A stretch of DNA of 64,000 bases from Spirochaetia bacterium (GCA_963677925.2 CAXXYH010000004.1:1920001-1984000), one strand, 5' to 3'; positions 17,807 to 27,174 are shown, numbered from the stretch's first letter. Notes: generated by a model not told the origin, from the letters alone. Program-made: numbers and translations.

Positions 17807-18994
17807 ATGAAAAAAATAGACAGAGCATTAAACGCATACAAACAGAATGTCTCCGGTGACAGGACTGAAGGATTTATAAAGACCTCTGAAAAAAGCGGAA
17901 CCGTTATGCCTGAAAAGTCGGGATCTTCAAAGCCGCCTCAGAAACCGAATTCGAAGAAGGCTCCTCCTTCATCCGGTGCCGATGCGGGCTACGCAAAGGC
18001 TGCCAAGTTTCTTCTGCTGGTAGGGCCTCAGCAGGCTGCAGAGGTTCTTAAACATTTTTCAGCAGAGGATGTAGAAAAGATTGTCCGTGAAATCACTGCA
18101 GTAAGAAAAATTTCAAAATCAGAATCTGCTGAAGTGCTGAAAGATTTCGGACATCTTGACCGCAAGGCGGCGGCATCAGCAAAAAAAGATTTCAACACTG
18201 AATATTCAGAAAGCGGCCCTGATAAGGCACTCAGAATGCTGACAGCTGCTTTCGGAGATGAGAAGGGCCGGCAGATTTTTGATAAGGTACTGCCCTTCGG
18301 AGGAAGGCGGCCGTTCGACTTTCTGGACGAACTTGAGCCTGAGCAGATACTGATGGTTATTAAGAATGAACCTCCGTATGTTCTGAGTGTTGTGCTTTCT
18401 TTTTTAGAACCGCAGCTCTCATCGGCTATCATAAGTAAGCTTCCGGAAACAAGCCGGAAAGAGATAATTATTAGAATTGCAAGACAGGGTGAAATAGCCC
18501 CTGGCGTTGTTTCGAAAATGGAAGCAATTTTTCAGGAAAGAATCCGTGCACAGGGGAGGGTCGTAACCGAAGAAATAGATGGTAAATCGATTCTTGCCGG
18601 AATTCTCAAACACATGCCGCTTTCTTTTGAGGATGAAATACTTGATGACCTCTCGGATCACAACCGTGAACTTGCCGATGAGATAAAAGAGCGTATTTAT
18701 ACCTTCGAGCTGGTTGAGCATATTGATGACCGCGATATGCAGTACCTGCTAAGAGATTTTGAAAACTCAGAACTTGCCGTGATAATCAAGGGAAAAAATT
18801 CGGAAAAACGGGCCAGAATCCTGGATAATCTTTCTGAACGGCGGAAAGAGATGATTTTAGAAGAATCTGTCTACCTTGGAGAGATGAGAAGAGCAGATGT
18901 TGATAAATCTACCCGCGAATTTGTCGATTATATAATAGACCTCGAACAGAAAGGTGAAATTACCATTATGCGGGGCGATGACGAATTTATTTAA
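17807..18994 (+). CDS. fliG: flagellar motor switch protein FliG (stand-alone paralogue)
   Basis: KAAKFLL, PFDFL, EPP (EHP position), YTFE and NLSER, with an N-terminal low-complexity extension. Confidence 0.85.
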   Translation: MKKIDRALNAYKQNVSGDRTEGFIKTSEKSGTVMPEKSGSSKPPQKPNSKKAPPSSGADAGYAKAAKFLLLVGPQQAAEVLKHFSAEDVEKIVREITAVRKISKSESAEVLKDFGHLDRKAAASAKKDFNTEYSESGPDKALRMLTAAFGDEKGRQIFDKVLPFGGRRPFDFLDELEPEQILMVIKNEPPYVLSVVLSFLEPQLSSAIISKLPETSRKEIIIRIARQGEIAPGVVSKMEAIFQERIRAQGRVVTEEIDGKSILAGILKHMPLSFEDEILDDLSDHNRELADEIKERIYTFELVEHIDDRDMQYLLRDFENSELAVIIKGKNSEKRARILDNLSERRKEMILEESVYLGEMRRADVDKSTREFVDYIIDLEQKGEITIMRGDDEFI

Positions 18995-19009
18995 AGTCTG
19001 CGGGGGCGT

Positions 19010-19207
19010 ATGGAAATTGAAAAGTTAATCGACGGCAGAATCGGCGACGGCATGGTTAAATTGGGAGAGATGACCTCGGAACAGGTCATAGAAGTTCTTC
19101 AGCGGCAGAAGGATGGAGACAGCCGACTTTTTGGAGAGATAGCAGTAGACCTTGATTATATTGATATAGGCAGTGTAATAAGGTATCTGGAGCAGTCCGC
19201 GGTTTAG
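19010..19207 (+). CDS. stand-alone MshEN-motif protein (candidate c-di-GMP receptor)
   Basis: RIGDGMVKLGEMTSEQVIEVLQRQ follows the RLGxxhhxxGhhxxxxhxxxLxxQ spacing, and a second repeat RLFGEIAVDLDYI follows. Confidence 0.65.
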   Translation: MEIEKLIDGRIGDGMVKLGEMTSEQVIEVLQRQKDGDSRLFGEIAVDLDYIDIGSVIRYLEQSAV

Positions 19208-19210
19208 CGC

Positions 19211-19663
19211 TTATTCCGGATTTTTTGAATCAAGGATGATTGTAACCGGTCCGTTATTTTCCAGCTCAATCTGCATATCGGCACCGAATTCTCCGGTAGC
19301 AATCTTTTTACCAAGCAGCTTTTCCGTTTCAGAAACAAGTTTCTCATACAGAGGCACTGCCTGCTCAGGAGCGGCTGCAGGGCTGAATCCGGGTCTGTTA
19401 CCCTTTTTTATGCTTGCATAAAGAGTGAACTGACTGACTATCATTATTTCACCTGCAGTATCAAGGACGGACAGATTCATAAGCCCCTTGTTATCTTCAA
19501 ATATACGCATATTCAGCGCTTTGCGGATCATCCACTGAAGATCTTCTTCTGTATCATCCCTGCCGATTCCGGCAAGTATCATCAGTCCTCTGCCTATTTT
19601 TCCGCCTTTAACACCATTTATAGTTACTTCGGCATAGTTAACTCTCTGAATCACAAATCGCAT
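19211..19663 (-). CDS. dtd: D-aminoacyl-tRNA deacylase
   Basis: MRFVIQRV, SQFTL, NNGPVT. Confidence 0.95.
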   Translation of the reverse strand: MRFVIQRVNYAEVTINGVKGGKIGRGLMILAGIGRDDTEEDLQWMIRKALNMRIFEDNKGLMNLSVLDTAGEIMIVSQFTLYASIKKGNRPGFSPAAAPEQAVPLYEKLVSETEKLLGKKIATGEFGADMQIELENNGPVTIILDSKNPE

Positions 19664-19773
19664 GGACGGATATTAACATTTTGATGTGGATTTAAACAGT
19701 GGAATTCAAGTAATAATCAACATCGTTCAAGACTCAATACTGCCAGGCCGACAGATAAATAGAGGCATAAAAT

Positions 19774-20736
19774 ATGAGTAATTTCCGAGTAATTGTTACA
19801 GACGACCGGCATGGTGAATATTCAATTGAAAAAGATATATTAAAGGAATGCGGTGCAGAGCTTGAGATCTTTGACTGCAGAACAGAAGCAGAGGTGCTTG
19901 ACGCCTGCAGCGGAGCAGACGGTGTTCTTCTTAATCTTGCGCCGATGAGTAAAGATGTTATAAAAAAACTCGACACTGTCCGTGTAATTTCCCGCTATGG
20001 TGTCGGTTATGATAACGTGGATCCGGCTGCCTGCACAGAAAGGGGGATCTATCTTTCAAATGTCCCGGACTATTGTTTCGAAGATGTTTCAGACCTTGCT
20101 GTTGCGCATATCTTTTCATCACTGCGTCAGCTCTCCCACCGTGACAGGATGATAAGAAACGGAGAGTGGAATATCGGCCGCAAAAATAATACAAGGATCA
20201 GGGGGAAGGTTCTTGCCATTATAGGTTACGGACGAAGCGGGAGATGTCTGCACAGAAAGATGTCCGCCATGGGCCTCTCACGTGTTCTTGTTTATGACCC
20301 CTATGTACATGAAGAGGAAATCAGAATAAATCAGGGTGAACCGGCAGACTTTTCAACAGCTGTAACAGAAGCCGATATTATTTCAATTCATGTACCTCTT
20401 AGCACTGAAACCCTCGGCCTTTTTTCGGAAAAGGAATTCAGGATGATGAAACCGGGTGCGATAATTATCAATACTTCACGGGGAGGGATAATTGAACATC
20501 AATCGCTGGTCGAAGCTCTTACACAGAACAGAATAGCTTTTGCCGGGCTTGATACCCACCATATAGAACCTCTGCCGGCTGATGACCCTCTGCTTCAGCT
20601 TTCAAACTGCGTTCTAAGTGATCACTGCGGTTACAATACTGTAGAGGGATTTGTCGAACTAAAAAGCAAGGCCGCTAAAAACATAGTGAAGGTTCTGACA
20701 GGCGGTGTTCCCGATTACTGGCTAAATCCGTTTTAA
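19774..20736 (+). CDS. D-isomer-specific 2-hydroxyacid dehydrogenase (SerA/CtBP-like)
   Basis: RYGVGYDNVD, GYGRSG, INTSRG, EP, SDH. Confidence 0.88.
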   Translation: MSNFRVIVTDDRHGEYSIEKDILKECGAELEIFDCRTEAEVLDACSGADGVLLNLAPMSKDVIKKLDTVRVISRYGVGYDNVDPAACTERGIYLSNVPDYCFEDVSDLAVAHIFSSLRQLSHRDRMIRNGEWNIGRKNNTRIRGKVLAIIGYGRSGRCLHRKMSAMGLSRVLVYDPYVHEEEIRINQGEPADFSTAVTEADIISIHVPLSTETLGLFSEKEFRMMKPGAIIINTSRGGIIEHQSLVEALTQNRIAFAGLDTHHIEPLPADDPLLQLSNCVLSDHCGYNTVEGFVELKSKAAKNIVKVLTGGVPDYWLNPF

Positions 20737-20773
20737 ACGCTTATAATTTTAAATGTAAGAAAGGGGCTGAACA

Positions 20774-21139
20774 GTGAAAAATTATAGTGGAAGCAATAGA
20801 AGAAAAGAACCTCGTTATATCGTTGATAATCTAAGAGTTACTGAACAGGGCGGAATATCATTAATCGGTAAGCTCAGGGATATTTCGGAAAGCGGGCTGA
20901 TGATACTATCCGAAGAGGTCCTCTGCACAGGTGAAGAACTTCTGGTCTGGGTGGAACTTCCTGAAGATCCCGGATTCTCATCAGGCTATATGGAGATGAC
21001 GATGGTATTGCTCTGGTCACGCATAGATGAAGATCCGAAGCTATATGCACATGGCGGAAATATCATAAATTTATCTGAGACGGCACGTCAGGATGTCCAG
21101 CTGATGATGAAAAAATTCGGACTAGAAGAAACCTTCTGA
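20774..21139 (+). CDS. PilZ domain protein
   Basis: RRKEPR (RxxxR) and DISESG (DxSxxG). Confidence 0.85.
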   Translation: MKNYSGSNRRKEPRYIVDNLRVTEQGGISLIGKLRDISESGLMILSEEVLCTGEELLVWVELPEDPGFSSGYMEMTMVLLWSRIDEDPKLYAHGGNIINLSETARQDVQLMMKKFGLEETF

Positions 21140-21175
21140 TTTGTAATTTAATATTTGATCCACGATACTTATTTA

Positions 21176-21325
21176 TTATCAGGCAGGAGAACAGGATTTT
21201 AAATTGTTTAAAAAAGTAACAGCTATTTCATTTTCCTCCGGTTCAGAGGAGGATTATGAAGTTTTTATTTTCTTCCTGGAATAAGCCTGCTTGAGAGCCG
21301 GGATGAATCTCCTGTTCCTGATTTA
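21176..21325 (+). ncRNA. putative structured RNA (6S-like rod, or attenuator leader)
   Basis: Upstream TTGTAA-17-GATACT. Ends ATCAGGCAGGAGA and TCTCCTGTTCCTGAT are complementary, and there is an apical hairpin TTCCTC-CGGTTCA-GAGGAG. Confidence 0.4.
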
Positions 21326-21349
21326 CAATATTAACTTCCGGAGGGCATA

Positions 21350-21707
21350 TATGAATGATGAATCCGGACAAAACATTATACTCTGCCCGAAAATCTTTTC
21401 CGAAAAGGACGGTCCGCAGATAGGCTGGCTGGGCGATTTATCTGAGACCGGTATCATGATCATAAGCATAGACCCCTTTGAATCAGGGATTAAAAAGAAA
21501 GTATTTCTTGAGCTTCCGCGAGGAGGGCGATATCTTCTTGAATATGCTGAATTGGAAATCCAGTTCCTGTGGGCAAAAAAAGACAGGAATCCCGGATATT
21601 ATACAAATGGCGGAGTTATAACTGATGTTTCTGAACAGAGTAAATACGAGCTGGAAACACTTATTGCGGTCTTCGGACTTGCGGATAACCGGGAACTGCA
21701 GGATTAA
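21350..21707 (+). CDS. PilZ-like paralogue lacking RxxxR
   Basis: Similar to the 20774 protein (GDLSETGIMI, ELP, LW, GG.I). Start ATG21350 behind GGAGG. Confidence 0.7.
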
Positions 21708-21714
21708 ACAGACT

Positions 21715-23160
21715 TCAGGGGCTTCTCTGACTGAAATCCCAGTTTTCTTTGATTACCTTTCCCAGCAGTTCAATCTTATCTTCGAGTGACGGTGTGTAAT
21801 AACCTGCACTTAAGCGTATACAATTATTCCAGCGGCCTTCAAGACTGAATAGTCTGCCCGGTGAAAATATCATATCGCCCTCTTTGCAAATTTCATAAAT
21901 CCGATCCATATCTCCGCTTCCCGGAAGTGTCAGCCATAGAATAAAGCCTCCTGAAGGATCTGTAACCTTCACCTCAGAAGGAAGATGCCGGTATACAGCT
22001 TCTCTGAGTTCAGCAAGCCGCTCAGCTGCCTTTTTACGCAGCTGACGCAGATGCCTGTCATAGTAGCCGCTCTGCATGAAATGAAGGGCTATCATTTGAG
22101 AGGGGAGGGCCGTTGAGATGTTTGTCATTGTTTTTAATGCCAGTATTTTCTCTTTCCAGATTCCCGGAATCATCCAGCCCAGTCTCAGACCCGGCGAAAG
22201 ACTCTTGGAGAAGGATGAGCACAGAATCATCCGTCCTGATTTATCAAAAGCTTTGCAGGCAGGTTCCCTTTTTTCGGTAAAGCTTATATCACCGTAAATG
22301 TCATCTTCAAAAAGAAGGATGTCCCGGGACTGCAGAAGTTCAACAAGCCGCTTTTTATTTTCAACAGGCATCGTGAAGCCCAGGGGGTTATGATTTGTCG
22401 GAACAGTGATCACTGCTTTTACCGGGTGTCTGTTTATTACAAACTCGAGAATATCAAGATTCATCCCTATTGCCGGATCCGTCGGAATTTCAATAACCTT
22501 AAGACCATATTCTCTGAGCAGATAGAGAAAATTGTAGTAAAATGGACTTTCAAGAGCCACGGTATCACCGGGTTTGGTATGCAGTTTTACTGCCAGCGCA
22601 ATGGCGCTCATACTTCCCTCGGTAATTATAATGTCCTCAGGATCTGTCATGATACCTGCATCAATACTGCGCCTTGCAATCTCTGTTCTGAGTTCCGCCA
22701 GTCCCTGGGGCGATGGATAGTTGAAAATATCCATACGATTCTGCTCTTCCCGGCTCAGCGTCATTCTGTCGGTGTAAGGCAGAACTTTAAGATCAAAGAG
22801 CGCACAGGCAAAGGGTGACTTATCCGGATAGAGGCTGTTTTCGATCATTGTGTTGTACCAGCTGAGGAAATTATCTGAAACATACTCCGGTCTTTCAATG
22901 CTTGAAAGGCGCTCTCCCTGTTTATGATCAGTTACATAGTAGCCAGACTGTGGAATGCCTCTGATTATTCCGCTCATTTCCAGATTTCCGTAAGCCTCGC
23001 GTGCAGTATTTATGCTGACACCCAGGCGTCTGCTGAGTTCCCGAAGTGATGGCAGTTTTTCCCCGCGCTTGTATACTCCGGAAACTATCTGAAGTTCCAG
23101 TTTTGAAGCAACTTCTGAGTACAGGGTCTCTTTTCTTCTCTCATAATGTGCGGTTTTCAT
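21715..23160 (-). CDS. MocR-subfamily GntR regulator (wHTH plus PLP aminotransferase domain)
   Basis: KLPSLRELS..VSINTA, EDDIY, SFSKSLSPGLRLG with the PLP lysine. Confidence 0.92.
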   Translation of the reverse strand: MKTAHYERRKETLYSEVASKLELQIVSGVYKRGEKLPSLRELSRRLGVSINTAREAYGNLEMSGIIRGIPQSGYYVTDHKQGERLSSIERPEYVSDNFLSWYNTMIENSLYPDKSPFACALFDLKVLPYTDRMTLSREEQNRMDIFNYPSPQGLAELRTEIARRSIDAGIMTDPEDIIITEGSMSAIALAVKLHTKPGDTVALESPFYYNFLYLLREYGLKVIEIPTDPAIGMNLDILEFVINRHPVKAVITVPTNHNPLGFTMPVENKKRLVELLQSRDILLFEDDIYGDISFTEKREPACKAFDKSGRMILCSSFSKSLSPGLRLGWMIPGIWKEKILALKTMTNISTALPSQMIALHFMQSGYYDRHLRQLRKKAAERLAELREAVYRHLPSEVKVTDPSGGFILWLTLPGSGDMDRIYEICKEGDMIFSPGRLFSLEGRWNNCIRLSAGYYTPSLEDKIELLGKVIKENWDFSQRSP

Positions 23161-23338
23161 TACTTTCCAATTATAGCTTTAATCTTCTGCTGTATAAAGA
23201 TACAAAAGAACCGCAGACGACGGGCACAGTTTGGTTCATATCTCTGCTGTGTCCGCTTTAAAAACTGCAACTGAAGCTTTTATTGCCTCAACAATTGGAT
23301 AGGATGTAAAACAAGAACATACAACAGGCAGGAGCAGA

Positions 23339-23653
23339 ATGATGCTGAACGAAAAAAAGAAATTGAAACAAATAGACTGCAGATATGCGGAAGAACTCAG
23401 ACTTAGAAGAGGGGATTTAATTCAATGTACCGAAGGCAGGGTCTGGATAACAGCTGACGGAAGCGACTATATAATCAACAAGGGCGAGACTCTGGGGTGG
23501 AAAGCACGTTCTTCAAACGCCGTTATCTGGACGCTCCTGTCAAACTCTGCAGAGGTTTTGATTGAGCCGGCGGCTGCTACCTCTCGATTATCTTTCCGTT
23601 TTTCACATAAAGATCGGTTTTTGAGGTCCCCTTTGTCGGGGAGTCCCACCTGA
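23339..23653 (+). CDS. DUF2917-like small cupin protein
   Basis: IQCTEGRVWIT..DYII..GE pattern, AGGAG SD, divergent from MocR. Confidence 0.65.
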   Translation: MMLNEKKKLKQIDCRYAEELRLRRGDLIQCTEGRVWITADGSDYIINKGETLGWKARSSNAVIWTLLSNSAEVLIEPAAATSRLSFRFSHKDRFLRSPLSGSPT

Positions 23654-25181
23654 GGCTTCCGAAGAAAACATAGACCTTGCCGAATATCATCTGATCCACT
23701 GCTACTGAAGAGGCTTCATTTGCTGTAAGGTCTTTTTTAAGCTCATGAAGATCTCTGAGTTCATTGCTGAGCCTTTTATTTATTTCTTCAGACTCTGAAG
23801 TAAGCTGTTCTATGGCTGTTAAAACCTTCTTGCGGGGGATTTCCTGATCTTCAACTTTTACCAGGGCATTCTTAAGCTGCCTCAGCGTTGTGTCGAGTTC
23901 GTTCAATTTTTTATTCATCGAACTCACCGCATCCTGATGCTCTTCAAGCAGACTGAACCTCTCTATGTCTACACCTGGAAAAACTTCGGTCACCGGTTCG
24001 TTTATGGACCCCAGTTTCTTGCATTTGATATTGCCTCCGGCGCAGATTCTTCCCCCGAATATTTCAGCCCTTTTACCGGTAAGCAGGATGTCCCCGTCAG
24101 CCTTTATCCGTGAGTGCATGATTGCTTCTTCCACTATTATATTTCCTCTGCAGGTAACATTAGCGCTTTCTATATATTTTGCGTACAGGTTTCCGCCGCA
24201 GTAAATTCTGCCCTCATCATTACCAGAAATCCCTGCCTTAAGGATAAGATCACCCTCGCACGATATATCAACTCTGCTTAAAGACTTTCCTATCTGTACA
24301 TCACCTGCAGCTTTCACAGTGAAACCGTCTGCAATTCTTCCGCTTATATCAATTGAGCCGTTGAAGTCCATGTTCCCGTTTGAATAATCTACATTCTCAA
24401 CTGCAATGAGTTTATCAACGGTCACAGCGCCTTCGGACAGCCTCACATTCCCGTCAATTTCAGCTGTGATGGCTTTCCCGTCCTCAGCAAGCAGAGTCCC
24501 CTCTCCGGCTTCAAAGTTTTGGGCAACAGCGCCTCTCGCCGGTTCAAGCACTGTCCCTGTAATGTCGCGTCCCTCTTTAGCTTTGACAGGGGCACCCAGA
24601 ACTGCGAGTACGTCGCCTTCCTGCTTGTTCTGGATGAAATTAAGTTCCTTGAGATCTATACGGTGAAATTCGAGCTCACGGAAGGGCTTAAGCCTGTCTG
24701 TTACGAAGTAATATTCAGGTTCAGCTGCTTTTTCATCGACAGCTTCAGTGCCGTGGGCAGCTGCAATTTTCTGATCATAGATACCCCGGAAGGCTATAGT
24801 CTGAAGTACATCGTTATCAATGCCGTATACAACCTCGGCTTCTTTAAGTGCGGCTTTCAGCATTTCAAGGCTCAGCGGTTCTCCGCCCTGTTTTCCGGCT
24901 TTCACCATTATCCATGCAGTCATGAGGTCCTCGGAGCATTCAACTGTAATCTCCGGGGCGAGATGCCGGCCTTCGGGCCACTCAGTGAGCTGGTGGGGTG
25001 TTCCGTCTCCTGAATCAATGATATCAATTATCACCTGGCGCCGAACATTATTTATACCAAGAAGATGCAGCCTTCCGGTAATATCTTCCGGATACACAGT
25101 TCTGGCATCATCTCTTGGATACACTGTAAGCCAGGCGTAGCCGTTTTTATAGTAAATATCAAAAATACCTTCAGTTTTCAT
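23577..25181 (-). CDS. FapA / DUF342 family protein
   Basis: VVYGID, RIDLKEL, NVDYSNGNMDFNGSI, beta-helix repeats, C-terminal coiled coil. Confidence 0.85.
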   Translation of the reverse strand: MKTEGIFDIYYKNGYAWLTVYPRDDARTVYPEDITGRLHLLGINNVRRQVIIDIIDSGDGTPHQLTEWPEGRHLAPEITVECSEDLMTAWIMVKAGKQGGEPLSLEMLKAALKEAEVVYGIDNDVLQTIAFRGIYDQKIAAAHGTEAVDEKAAEPEYYFVTDRLKPFRELEFHRIDLKELNFIQNKQEGDVLAVLGAPVKAKEGRDITGTVLEPARGAVAQNFEAGEGTLLAEDGKAITAEIDGNVRLSEGAVTVDKLIAVENVDYSNGNMDFNGSIDISGRIADGFTVKAAGDVQIGKSLSRVDISCEGDLILKAGISGNDEGRIYCGGNLYAKYIESANVTCRGNIIVEEAIMHSRIKADGDILLTGKRAEIFGGRICAGGNIKCKKLGSINEPVTEVFPGVDIERFSLLEEHQDAVSSMNKKLNELDTTLRQLKNALVKVEDQEIPRKKVLTAIEQLTSESEEINKRLSNELRDLHELKKDLTANEASSVAVDQMIFGKVYVFFGSLRWDSPTKGTSKTDLYVKNGKIIER

Positions 25182-25200
25182 TTTATCTACAGTTTATCCG

Positions 25201-25240
25201 GAGCTTTTTTTTAAAACAACCCGAGTTTTAAAAAAAGCTC
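25201..25240. repeat. near-perfect inverted repeat between divergent fapA and alaS
   Basis: GAGC-T8-AAAAC, 7-nt spacer, GTTTT-A7-GCTC. Confidence 0.6.
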
Positions 25241-25262
25241 AACCATGTCTTTGTAATCAATC

Positions 25263-25291
25263 TTGACACTGGGGGCCAACATAAATACTAT
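25263..25291 (+). promoter_or_regulatory. sigma70 promoter of alaS, probably leaderless
   Basis: TTGACA, 17 nt, TACTAT, 6 nt, ATG, with no SD. Confidence 0.7.
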
Positions 25292-25297
25292 CTTAGC

Positions 25298-27091
25298 ATG
25301 ACTGGAAATGAACTTCGAACCAAATATTTAGAATTCTTTAAATCAAAGAACCATAAGGAAATATCGGGAAAATCACTGATACCGGAAAACGATCCGACAG
25401 TGCTTTTCACAACCGCCGGAATGCATCCGCTGGTGCCTTATATTCTCGGTGAAACACACCCGGCAGGCACAAGACTGGTAAACTTTCAGAAATGTATCAG
25501 AACTGGTGATATCGATGCTGTCGGCGATCCCCATCATCTTACATTCTTCGAAATGCTGGGAAACTGGTCGCTAGGCGACTACTTCAAGGAAGAAGCAATA
25601 CGCATGAGCTATGAATTTCTTACAAGCTCCGATTGGCTGGGGATTGATGTAGATAAACTCTCGGTAACCGTATTTGCAGGTGATGAAACGGTTGAACGTG
25701 ATGATACATCAGCAAATGTATGGCGTGAACTGGGAATTCCCGAGGACCGAATATATTTCCTCCCACGTGAAGATAACTGGTGGGGGCCTGCCGGCCAGAC
25801 CGGTCCCTGCGGACCTGATTCCGAGATGTTCATTGATACCGGCCGTGATTCCTGCGGAGACGACTGCCGCCCGGGATGTTCCTGCGGAAAGTATTTTGAA
25901 ATCTGGAACGATGTTTTCATGCAGTACAACAAGCAGGAAGACGGAAGCTATGTCCAGATGAGCAGACAGTGTGTGGATACCGGCATGGGTATTGAGCGAA
26001 CCTCAGCTATTCTGCAGGGCAAGAAATCAGTATACGAAACCGAAACATTTACACCGCTCATTGCTGCTGTAGAAAATGTTTCCGGTAAAAAATACGGTAA
26101 AGATGAGGATACTGATGTTTCAATCAGGATCATCACAGACCATGTAAAGACTTCGACCATGATTCTCGGAGATGATCGCGGTATTGCTCCTTCAAATGTA
26201 GGGCAGGGGTATATCCTCCGCAGGCTCATCCGCCGGGCAATGAGACATGGACGTAAACTCGGTATAGACGGAACTTTCCTTACCGCTATTGCGGCGATGG
26301 TTATCGATACCTATAAGGGCATTTATCCTGAACTCGAGAGAAACAATGACTTCATTCTCAGAGAAATGAAGGATGAAGAAGAAAAATTTCTTAAAACCCT
26401 CCAGAAGGGCGAGCAGGAGTTTGAAAAGCTTCTTCCGAACCTGATGAAGAGCTCTAAACGGATTATTCCCGGCCGTCTGGCATTCAAGCTTTATGATACC
26501 TACGGTTTCCCGGTAGAAATTACCGAGGAGCTTGCGGCTGAACATGAGTTTACCGTTGATCGTGAAGGGTTTGACGCTGCTTTCAAAAAGCATCAGGAAC
26601 TCTCCAAGCAGGGCGCCGAGAAGTCTTTCAAGGGAGGGCTTTCTGACCATTCAGAGCTGACCACTGCTCTTCACACTGCAACCCACCTTCTGCACAAGGC
26701 TCTAAGGACCGTTCTCGGTGAGCACGTACAGCAGAAAGGCAGTAACATTACAAGTGAGAGACTCCGCTTTGACTTCAGTCATCCTGAAAAGATGAGTCCT
26801 GAAGAGATTCAGAAGGTTGAAGACATGGTTAATGAGCAGATTAAACGTGATCTGCCTGTCAGTATGGAAATTATGGATCTTGAGAAGGCAAAGAACGAAG
26901 GTGCTATAGCGTTCTTCGGTGACAAGTACGAGGAAAAGGTCAAGGTGTACACTATTGGAGATTATTCCAAGGAAGTATGCGGAGGCCCCCACGTAGAACA
27001 TACCGGCAGTATGGGCCATTTTAAAATACAGAAAGAACAGTCCTCGTCATCAGGAGTGCGGAGAATCCGGGCGGTTCTTGAGCAGGGCTGA
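25298..27091 (+). CDS. alaS: alanine--tRNA ligase (short form, no C-Ala domain)
   Basis: LFTTAGM, FEMLGNWS, DTGMGIER, editing motifs HTATH and CGGPH. Ends just after GVRRIRA. Confidence 0.97.
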   Translation: MTGNELRTKYLEFFKSKNHKEISGKSLIPENDPTVLFTTAGMHPLVPYILGETHPAGTRLVNFQKCIRTGDIDAVGDPHHLTFFEMLGNWSLGDYFKEEAIRMSYEFLTSSDWLGIDVDKLSVTVFAGDETVERDDTSANVWRELGIPEDRIYFLPREDNWWGPAGQTGPCGPDSEMFIDTGRDSCGDDCRPGCSCGKYFEIWNDVFMQYNKQEDGSYVQMSRQCVDTGMGIERTSAILQGKKSVYETETFTPLIAAVENVSGKKYGKDEDTDVSIRIITDHVKTSTMILGDDRGIAPSNVGQGYILRRLIRRAMRHGRKLGIDGTFLTAIAAMVIDTYKGIYPELERNNDFILREMKDEEEKFLKTLQKGEQEFEKLLPNLMKSSKRIIPGRLAFKLYDTYGFPVEITEELAAEHEFTVDREGFDAAFKKHQELSKQGAEKSFKGGLSDHSELTTALHTATHLLHKALRTVLGEHVQQKGSNITSERLRFDFSHPEKMSPEEIQKVEDMVNEQIKRDLPVSMEIMDLEKAKNEGAIAFFGDKYEEKVKVYTIGDYSKEVCGGPHVEHTGSMGHFKIQKEQSSSSGVRRIRAVLEQG

Positions 27092-27108
27092 ACTTTAAAC
27101 TGATACTG

Positions 27109-27140
27109 AAAAAGGCTGATTTAACAATCAGCCTTTTTTT
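27109..27140. terminator. bidirectional intrinsic terminator between alaS and rlmN
   Basis: AAAAAGGCTGATT-TAAC-AATCAGCCTTTTTTT. Confidence 0.88.
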
Positions 27141-27174
27141 TAATCTTATCCCTGCAGGTGAATGTTTGTAGTGT

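Noticed and set aside
21176-21325. c-di-GMP riboswitch between the PilZ genes
   Set aside because: No class I GCAAA / GNRA-tetraloop-receptor pattern or class II pseudoknot was recognisable. It is kept as an unclassified structured RNA.
25182-25297. T-box leader upstream of alaS
   Set aside because: The spacer is too short, no T-box sequence is present, and the promoter abuts the start codon.
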